Source of the DNA: Candidatus Bathyarchaeota archaeon
GTDB taxonomy: Archaea; Thermoproteota; Bathyarchaeia; Bathyarchaeales; Bathycorpusculaceae
NCBI GenBank assembly: GCA_963772455.1
Contig: CAVYXJ010000003.1
Location: 1-14,543, forward strand
DNA length: 14,543 nt
Direction of reading: 5' to 3'
In this document: positions 8,208 through 14,543 of the stretch, in pieces
Position numbering within the stretch: the stretch's first letter is position 1
Layout: each line of letters starts with the position of its first letter
Notes under the pieces: generated by a model
Database searches by the model: none
Seen by the model: only the letters and a program-made list of their open reading frames with translations
What the model was told of the DNA's origin: nothing
Position numbers and translations under genes: made by a program

Positions 8208-8448
8208 TCGACTGCCTCGGCTATTAGTTCATCGACGTTTATGCCTTTTTCTTTGGTTACTTTTTCGATTTTTTCGGCTGTTTCGTCAAGGGAGGGCTCC
8301 TTGGTTTTTCTTAGCACGATGTCGCCGTCGGGGGGAGGTGGAGGAGTTTTTCGCCTGCTTTTACGCCGAGTTTTTTGCGGACTTCTCGGGGGATGACGAT
8401 TTGGCCTTTGCTGGAGACTTTGATAACGTCCTCGATTTGCTCGGTCAT
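8186..8448 (-). CDS. AbrB/MazE/SpoVT-family antitoxin, about 87 aa; frameshift in a C-rich tract
   Basis: ATG 8448 gives MTEQIEDVIKVSSKGQIVIPREVRKKLGVKAGEKLL, a classic AbrB motif. A one-base shift near 8330-8345 joins DGDIVLRKTKEPSLDETAEK...EAVEWARKSK. Overlaps the PIN start. The Pro/Arg-rich N-terminus of the listed 90-aa ORF is out of frame. Confidence 0.85.
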
Positions 8449-8642
8449 GTGTGGGCATTGGTCTTACAAGTAAATAAATTTTTACAAAATATGGTGGGTA
8501 TGAGCTGAAATCTCATCGAAATAGAGAATTAATACTAATCATAAAAGCAAATTGTTGTTGCAATAGTTGTTGCGCATGGGTTGCAACTTCAACAGAATTT
8601 AAACCCAAATTAATTACCTGCTGGCTAGCATGAACAACAAGT

Positions 8643-9177
8643 TTACTTTGTTAATGGTTCGGTTGCTTTGGATATATCAAGAAACATTACTTTCTGTTCT
8701 CTTCCTTCCTGCTTTGGAAGTAACACAAAACCATATTTCACGTAAAATCCTAAGGCAGATTCTATTGCATTCACAAACATAAACCTACATCCTACTAACT
8801 TTGAGAACTTTAATGCTCGGTCAAAACAAAAATCACAAATGAACGTGCCAACATCCTTGGTTTTGAAGTTTTTCACAAACTGCTAGCTGACCAATTAATA
8901 GTGCTGGATAATTCTCAATATTTGATTGAGGCCTATGTTGGGCTTCCAATTTTTCTCTTTTCAAGTCTGCCATTGATAATGTAGCAAACCCAACCAAATC
9001 ATTGTCATGCATGAAAAGGTAAGTTACACCGAGACGTTCCTTCTGAAAATCCAATGCTTCCTTCTGAATGAACTCATCCATGTCTTTGACGCCGCAGCTA
9101 AAGCTACTCACGTCGTCGTTTTGATCTAAAATCTTCGGTGCCGATAAGTCTTTAGCAGTTATTCTGTCAGCATTCAT
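8643..9177 (-). CDS. GNAT acetyltransferase resembling AtaT/TacT-type toxins, about 177 aa; one frameshift
   Basis: SSFSCGVKDMDEFI, LVGFATLS and YPALLIGQLAV; removing one base near 8853-8855 gives QNQGVGTFI (acetyl-CoA motif A), then VGCRFMFVNA and ALGFYVKYGF. Confidence 0.87.
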
Positions 9178-9189
9178 AGAGAGGCTGTA

Positions 9190-9327
9190 TTATAGCGGGC
9201 AATTCTTAAAAGTCTTTTTTGCACGCTTGAGCCGTTCAACATCTTTCTTTGATGGCTTCCGCTTCATTTCTTTCTCTAATGTAGCCCACTGCTCTGCATT
9301 CAACGCAGGTATTGGTTTTGGAAGCAT
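9190..9327 (-). CDS. 45-aa basic protein; putative antitoxin for the GNAT, not in the ORF track
   Basis: ATG 9327 (or GTG 9336) to TAA 9190: MLPKPIPALNAEQWATLEKEMKRKPSKKDVERLKRAKKTFKNCPL. It ends 12 nt before the GNAT ATG and resembles the C-terminal part of DUF1778-type antitoxins. Confidence 0.7.
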   Translation of the reverse strand: MLPKPIPALNAEQWATLEKEMKRKPSKKDVERLKRAKKTFKNCPL

Positions 9328-9360
9328 ATTATTCACAATCCATTATATTGGGCAATATTA

Positions 9361-9393
9361 GTGAATATTCACCATAATTCACCAATATTCACG
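9361..9393. repeat. 12-bp palindrome plus three 10-bp tandem repeats; putative operator
   Basis: GTGAATATTCAC (9361-9372) is a perfect palindrome. AATATTCACC / ATAATTCACC / AATATTCACG span 9364-9393, and a further ATTATTCACA lies at 9328-9337. Confidence 0.6.
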
Positions 9394-9411
9394 AAGAGCT
9401 AATAGTTCCTG

Positions 9412-9461
9412 GCTGATAAAAGATTTATGGTTCATTGATCCAATAAACACGTTTTATCAGC
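9412..9461. repeat. 50-bp imperfect inverted repeat
   Basis: GCTGATAAAA (9412-9421) and TTTTATCAGC (9452-9461) are exact inverted arms; the inner TTTATGGTTCA / TGATCCAATAAA pair imperfectly. Confidence 0.55.
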
Positions 9462-9752
9462 TCTTTTTCTCATAGCACATAGTATTTGAATATAACAATT
9501 ATTGAATGAGCATAAGAGTAAAAACCTAGTATTGTGGATGCTTTTGAAAAATCATCGTACAATTTGCTGCTGTGACCAATAAAAAGATGACACAAGGTGC
9601 TCTATTTTTCGTATTTGCGCCATTCTAATTAAGAGGATTTTTCTAGCAATAACAAAGACTGTAGCTGCAAACATACAACTACAAAGCCTAAAATAACAAG
9701 CATTAACAAAATAACTTATTGATTTTCTCTCGAAAAAAGAGGTTTATGAATT

Positions 9753-10259
9753 ATGCAAAAAATTGTTCCATGTCTATGGTTTGATAAAGAAGCTGAAGAA
9801 GCAATAAAATCTTATATAGAAATTTTTAATTCAGCGCCTAACAGCCCCAAAAACTCTATGATCGTTAGCATCAACATTTACCGGAAGGACCATCGAATAT
9901 TCCAGTAATGGGAATGGAAGGAAAGATCTTGACAGCTATTTTTGAGCTTAATGGGCAACGTTTTATGGCTCTTGATGGAGGCCCAATATTCAAGTTCACA
10001 GAAGCGACATCTTTCTATGTGGAGTGCGCGGATCAAGGCGAGGTTGATTATTTTTTGGGAAAAACTATCAGCGGTTCCGGAGTCTGAAGTTTGCGGTTGG
10101 CTCAAAGATAAGTATGGTCTTTCATGGCAGATTATTCCTAAACGAATGGGCGAACTGTTATCTGATAAAGATAAAGTTAAGGCAAAAAGAGTCATGGATG
10201 CAATGCTTAAAATGAAAAAAATTGTCATCAAGAGCCTCGAAAAAGCATATGAAAGCTAA
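9753..10259 (+). CDS. VOC protein of the PhnB / 3-demethylubiquinone-9 3-methyltransferase-like family, about 168 aa; two compensating frameshifts
   Basis: MQKIVPCLWFDKEAEEAI...; a -1 near 9881 gives YPEGP...GKILTAIFELNGQRFMALDGGPIFKFTEATSFYVECADQGEVDY; a +1 in the T-run 10051-10056 gives FWEKLS...CGWLKDKYGLSWQIIP...AMLKMKKIVI. GAGGT RBS-like sequence upstream. Confidence 0.9.
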
Positions 10260-10493
10260 AGACTAATTTTTACAAATTGCCTCTTTCTTTTTCTTTAAAA
10301 AAATGGTTTCTGTTTTTGCAGACATAGAAAATGAAAAGAGCTTCCACATGCTCAAAAAAAAAATAACATCTATCTTTGAAGTTATAATAAATAGCAGGAT
10401 AATTGATCCAGATTTTAGTATCTCAAAACTATATTTCATTTTCGAAAGTTAATTCAATTTCACTTTCTGTCTAAATTTTAACTTTGTTACTGT

Positions 10494-11105
10494 GTGATGG
10501 CAGTCACATGGTTTCTTATAATTCAAGACAATATATTATATATTATGACATTGTATTGCAAAGATTTTAGAATATTTTGGGAACACCTTAAAAAAACACC
10601 AAATAACATCAATAAACGATTAATAAACCTAAAAGCAACCATCGCCACCTCCCACAATCAAGTCAAGAGAAAAACAATATTCGCTGCAATCTGCGTTTTA
10701 ATTTTAATAACACTAATTACTGTCATCGAGGATTTCGGTCCAGCCAAAAGTATCGTAAAAGCAGATTCTATGATTGGAATAGGAGTTGGCATTTACTGGG
10801 ACAAAGATTGCAGAAACACAACCAACTCCCTTAGTTGGGGACTCATAAACCCAAATTCAAACAATAATTTGACAATATATGTACGAAATGAATACAATTC
10901 AGCCGTTTCCCTAGTATTACATACCTCAAACTGGACTCCATTTAATTCTTCAAGTTACATGTCTCTAAGCTGGAACTACTCAGGGCAAATCCTAAAAACA
11001 AATGAAGTAATTCCCATAAAACTAACACTAACCGTTAGCCCCACAATAATTGATGTAACCGATTTCAGCTTTGAAACAATCATAACGACAGTTGCAAAGC
11101 ATTAA
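10494..11105 (+). CDS. Secreted/membrane-anchored beta-sandwich hypothetical protein; true start probably near 10640
   Basis: KRK + TM helix, then GVGIYWDKDC...LSWGLINP...IYVRNE...NWTP...MSLSWNYSGQ...IKLTLTVSP, with several N-x-S/T sequons. The first ~48 codons are AT-rich and contain a TATA-like TTAATAAA (about 10620-10627), so they are probably non-coding. Confidence 0.7.
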   Translation: MMAVTWFLIIQDNILYIMTLYCKDFRIFWEHLKKTPNNINKRLINLKATIATSHNQVKRKTIFAAICVLILITLITVIEDFGPAKSIVKADSMIGIGVGIYWDKDCRNTTNSLSWGLINPNSNNNLTIYVRNEYNSAVSLVLHTSNWTPFNSSSYMSLSWNYSGQILKTNEVIPIKLTLTVSPTIIDVTDFSFETIITTVAKH

Positions 11106-11262
11106 CCTAACAGATTCAACAGTTTTGAGAGTTCCTTAAGTTTTAAGTAGTTTTCATAATCGTGACTGCGACGACCATTAATCTTAACCAAAATGAGAGG
11201 TTTCTTAGCAACAGTAAGGTCAAGAAAGCATTCTTCACCCAGTGCTGCAATAACTGTTTGTA

Positions 11263-11749
11263 TCATTTTACTATTAGAACGGCGCATTTTGCTTGGTGAA
11301 CGACTCTTTCGCTTGTGCTACCAAGAAGGAATTCTTTCATTTCGCTTTCTCTCCAAATGAGCCAGGACTATTAAATCAAACCCGCCATCTGCAGCAGTTG
11401 AAATTATCTGGGACGGAGTGTTTCCTTCTTTGAGTTCAGTAGTAATTTTAAGCATGGGTTTTAGCTTAATCGCCCTTTTAGCAGCTTTAGATAAAACTGC
11501 TTCATGTATTTTTCGAAGATCTTTGATAAAAGCAGACAAATTCGACTGATCACCAATTGTATCTTGAGAATATCCAGGAGTCGGCAATTGTGTAGGTATA
11601 TTTGCTGGGTATCCAAATTCTGGAGGAGGCTGAAAAACGTTAATGATTAGAATAGATGCCGAAAACTTTTCAGCAATTTCAAGAGCATAATCCAAAGCCT
11701 TTTCCGAGTTCTTAGAACCGTCTACTCCAACAAGAATTTTACTTATCAA
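11263..11749 (-). CDS. uspA: Universal stress protein (UspA family), about 161 aa; one frameshift
   Basis: KILVGVDGSKNSEKALDYALEIA, EGNTPSQII and FDLIVL. Removing one base near 11350 continues MKEFLLGSTSERVVHQAKCAVLIVK* (TGA at 11263-11265), the canonical USP C-terminus. TTG 11749 is preceded by GAGG; ATG 11767 is an alternative start. Confidence 0.9.
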
Positions 11750-11922
11750 AACAAGTTCCTCTACCATTTAATTCACATTAGAAGTTCATAGCTTTTTCGA
11801 ATAATACTTGCGGCTATTAAAATTAATGCGATTGCAGCTTGTTTTCTCGCAACATCCACTCTTTAAGCGATTGATAGATGATTTTGAATTCATAAATCTA
11901 ATTAAAAGAACCATGCAATGAC

Positions 11923-12651
11923 TTGTTGTTGATCCATCTATTGAACCGTAAGAAATGGATTTTTGCTCTAGTTGTGGGGCTGTGCGTTATCTTTGTTGGA
12001 ACCTTGTTTTTTGCCAATTTGACCGGTGATATGGCTATTGGATTAATGGGAAGCGCAGAGCAGGCTTCAATTTCACATATTCGAATCGTTGAAGGTGTAC
12101 CCTCGGGCGACACTATGAAAGTAACGGTTCAAAACTATGGTGGAACCAACTTGATTATTACTTTGGGTTATGCGAATGGGAATCAAGCTTTCAACATTAA
12201 TTTGAAGCAAGGTTTCATTATTCCAAAAGCATCTTCTCAAGAAATAACTTTGACATTTCCAAACGGTACCTTCGTCTATGGATCCCAATACCAAATGAAA
12301 CTAATAACCGCCAAAGGCAACACTTTAGCTGATTCTTTGACATATGACTCAACAAGTACCTCTAAGTGCGACCCACTCAAAGACGACGTCGATCCAACCC
12401 CAACAACACTTCATATAACTACACCTGAAACTTATCAAGAAAGGAGTGCTCAAACGGCAAAATGGTTATTGACTTCTTTAATTTTAACGACGATTGCAGA
12501 TGTTGGTGCCTGTTTGTTTGCCAATTATGTGCTTCAACCAAAAAATAAAGGACAGCTATTTGTGTTATTGTTTCTTATTACAGCGATCGTTGTGTTTGGA
12601 ATGATAACTATATGGTCTAACTTTTTGTTTCCTCCCATGACGATTGGCTAA
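11923..12651 (+). CDS. Membrane protein with an archaeal pilin-like beta domain and two C-terminal TM helices
   Basis: N-terminal TM; EQASISHI...MKVTVQNYGGTNLII...ITLTF...GSQYQMKLITAKGNT resembles the globular domain of archaeal type IV pilin-like proteins; Pro/Thr linker; two TM helices. Start codon uncertain. Confidence 0.65.
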   Translation: MLLIHLLNRKKWIFALVVGLCVIFVGTLFFANLTGDMAIGLMGSAEQASISHIRIVEGVPSGDTMKVTVQNYGGTNLIITLGYANGNQAFNINLKQGFIIPKASSQEITLTFPNGTFVYGSQYQMKLITAKGNTLADSLTYDSTSTSKCDPLKDDVDPTPTTLHITTPETYQERSAQTAKWLLTSLILTTIADVGACLFANYVLQPKNKGQLFVLLFLITAIVVFGMITIWSNFLFPPMTIG

Positions 12652-12745
12652 CTCTATAATTTTGAACTTATTTCAATAAAAAAAGAAAATGCCAATATTC
12701 ACAGTCATGAAACCTCAACGATAAACTTTATTCGGTCAAGTTACT

Positions 12746-13375
12746 TTAGTAGAAACAGGGAATGTATTCCCTGACATTAAATAAAACTCCTAAACTGTCA
12801 GCAACCGCCTTTACCTTAGCCAAATCCACTTCAGGAAGCCGAACTGCTGTGACCTCAACGTCAAGCAACAGCTTGGTTTTCTGAATAAAATCCAGCACAA
12901 CTTCGAAGCCTTCTGGGAAAATGGGTTTGCAAATTTCGTTGTAGGTTTCTTTGTCACTAGCGTTCAAGCTTACGCTAACTCTGTCAACACCAGCAGCCTT
13001 CAACTCAAAAGCCACATCCCTACCCGGATTCAACATGTAACCATGCCCGTTCGTGTCCAAACGAATTTGCAAAGGTCTACCATAATGCTTCTTAACATAC
13101 TTTGCAACTTCAAGCAGAACATCCAGTCGCTCAGTAGGTTCCCCGAAACCGCAAAAAACCAACTCATCCCAAATCTGCGTATGCAAAACCTCTGTTAGGT
13201 CAGCAATGATTTGTGCAATACTTGGCTCTGCCTCAAGTCTGAGATCAAAGCCGCCTACACCACGCTTATAACGTTTGAGGCAAAAATAACAACTGTTAGA
13301 ACAATGGTTTGTTATGTTTAGATAAAGTGTTTTATCCAGCCAGTAAACGGTTATAGGTTTTCTATTCGCAGACAT
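12746..13375 (-). CDS. TatD-associated-type short radical SAM protein (TIGR04038/TIGR04100-like)
   Basis: VYWLDKTLYLNITNHCSNSCYFC, LRLEAEPS, ELVFCGFGEPTERLD, IRLDTNGHG, VSVSLNA and a C-terminal VREY. Likely start ATG 13375, with TTTTTATA about 30 nt upstream. Confidence 0.88.
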   Translation of the reverse strand: MSANRKPITVYWLDKTLYLNITNHCSNSCYFCLKRYKRGVGGFDLRLEAEPSIAQIIADLTEVLHTQIWDELVFCGFGEPTERLDVLLEVAKYVKKHYGRPLQIRLDTNGHGYMLNPGRDVAFELKAAGVDRVSVSLNASDKETYNEICKPIFPEGFEVVLDFIQKTKLLLDVEVTAVRLPEVDLAKVKAVADSLGVLFNVREYIPCFY

Positions 13376-13415
13376 TCTTCCCAACCAAACCAAAACATGG
13401 CTAAACTATAAAAAA

Positions 13416-13908
13416 CTACACACTCGTGACTTCGTATTCAACTTCGTTGCTAAAAGGCTTGAGTGCCCTTAGCAATCCTTTATCCAAAGATGCAACAAAG
13501 ACCTTTTCCTTGCCTTCATCATAGAGTTGGATAACTAGTGCTATAAGTTCTGGGTCGCCTTTCTTATCACATCCTCTGGCGTCGACTCCAGCTTACTCAA
13601 GTGCTTTCTCACGTTATCCATCACTTCTGAATATTTTCTATAATTCACAGTTTCCACTTGAATAAGACCCTGCTCAATAGCAGTTTTAATTCTTGCAACA
13701 GAATCGAGTATTCTGTTAGCCAACTCGGGAGATGTTTCTCTGATTTTTTCTGCAAATTCTTTTGGTTCATCAATGACTTCTTGCACTATCGCTTTGGGAA
13801 TTACGACTTTATAGTTTTGCTTCTTTTTCGCCTGCAAGAAGTTCTTAGTTTCCCTTTTCTATCATAAAATATGAGAATTGATGAGTCTACTGTAAGATAA
13901 TTAGGCAT
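13416..13908 (-). CDS. Divergent PIN-domain protein (putative toxin), about 164 aa; two frameshifts
   Basis: ATG 13908 gives MPNYLTVDSSILIFYDRKGKL; a -1 near 13845 gives NFLQ...VVIPKAIVQEV...; a -1 near 13560 gives KGDPELIALVIQLY...VFVASLDKGLLRAL...EVTSV* (TAG 13416-13418). All four PIN acidic positions are recovered. Confidence 0.8.
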
Positions 13909-14352
13909 CGAGGGCGCCAGCTTCATCTAGAAGAGAGACAAACTCAAAGTAGGTTATGCCCAGTGTGGAGGCGGCTTGCCTAAAAGTCATCTTTCCAGCC
14001 CTCGCTTTGGCTGCAACTTTATTAAATTTCTCTATTCCAACATCCCCAAATCGACTTTTGTAGAGGTTCGTCACTGTTACTTCCTCGAAAGCCTCCATTA
14101 ATTTCTCCGGTGAAACTTCAAGCTTGAAATTTCCAGCAAAATATACTCTTTTGTTACCCTTAGCTTCACTCTCAACTGCACTTGCAGCTTCAAGTTCTCG
14201 CAGGTACTTGTAAACGGTTGGTAGAGGGTAGCCTAAATGTTTTCCAATACCTTCCGCTGTCTCGCCTTTATGTTTTGCCAGATGTGCGATTATCTTTGCT
14301 TTGTTCGGATTCCCTCTATTGCTCGAAGGATTGAAACTGTTTTCTCAGACAT
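13901..14352 (-). CDS. ArsR-like winged-HTH fused to a UPF0175-like C-terminal domain; putative antitoxin/regulator, about 149-150 aa; one frameshift
   Basis: ATG 14352 gives MSEKTVSILRAI; a shift near 14312-14317 gives GNPNKAKIIAHL...TAEGIGKHLGYPLPTVYKYLRELEAASAVES...KRVY (wHTH), then GKMTFRQAASTLGITYFEFVSLLDEAG. 8-nt overlap with the PIN start (ATGCCTAA). Confidence 0.8.
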
Positions 14353-14446
14353 ACAGGTCAGTTAATAAAATATATAATGTCAACTATATGTATTGTGGAC
14401 TAAGAGCTAATGTTTTAACTCAAAAAGAGAAGAAACCTAATTTTTA

Positions 14447-14542
14447 TTAGATTAGTTCTCTCATGAGCTGCCTTTTAAAAACTAATGCAACTACTGTTGC
14501 TATTCCAAAAACTAAAGCTACTGCAATTGCGATGTACGGGTC
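14447..14542 (-). CDS. C-terminal membrane anchor of a protein truncated by the window edge
   Basis: DPYIAIAVALVFGIATVVALVFKRQLMRELI*: a TM helix + KR, with TAA at 14447-14449. Confidence 0.6.
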   Translation of the reverse strand, partial: DPYIAIAVALVFGIATVVALVFKRQLMRELI

Positions 14543-14543
14543 C

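Noticed and set aside
6351-8508. Plus-strand ORFs 6351-6686, 6884-7081 and 8137-8508
   Set aside because: They are antisense to better-supported genes.
9364-9393. Possible CRISPR array or iteron set
   Set aside because: The units are only 10 bp and directly adjacent, with no spacers; no cas or rep gene is in the window.
9878-10231. Minus-strand 117-aa ORF
   Set aside because: It is a shadow of the PhnB-like VOC gene.
11102-11287. 61-aa minus-strand ORF
   Set aside because: Its start lies within the reconstructed USP C-terminus in another frame, and it has no recognisable motif.
11898-13867. ORFs 11898-12113(-), 12073-12294(-) and 13658-13867(+)
   Set aside because: They are antisense shadows of the pilin-like and PIN genes.
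800-14317. Programmed ribosomal frameshifting as the cause of the split genes
   Set aside because: The shifts go in both directions, occur in unrelated families and share no slippery motif; sequencing error is the simpler explanation.
1-14543. tRNA, rRNA, transposase or integrase
   Set aside because: None was recognised by eye on either strand; tRNAscan-SE, Rfam and ISEScan would be needed to exclude them formally.

Overview
AT-rich archaeal accessory region, probably Bathyarchaeia-like. This is inferred from two (I/V)PEF C-terminal sorting signals, BRE/TATA-type promoters and TTG starts behind GGTGA ribosome-binding sites. The most interesting element is a two-gene candidate RiPP/protein-modification system at 3021-4760. 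It pairs a 117-aa nitrile-hydratase-leader-like (NHLP/Os1348-clan-like) protein with a radical SAM/SPASM enzyme carrying a C-terminal PqqD/RRE-like domain, and a hairpin plus T9 tract separates the two genes. The minus strand from 5811 to 14352 carries four apparent toxin-antitoxin pairs: UPF0175-like + DUF3368-type PIN; AbrB/MazE + PIN; an unlisted 45-aa mini-antitoxin + GNAT; and a winged-HTH/UPF0175-like fusion + divergent PIN. Other genes: a secreted beta-propeller, two VOC proteins, a universal stress protein, a TatD-associated-type radical SAM, a pilin-like membrane protein and an unlisted 46-aa Cys-rich ORF. About ten small indels break seven otherwise intact genes, which looks more like uncorrected long-read error than true pseudogenisation; I reconstructed these genes by hand. 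Family assignments come from motif recognition only; no searches were run.
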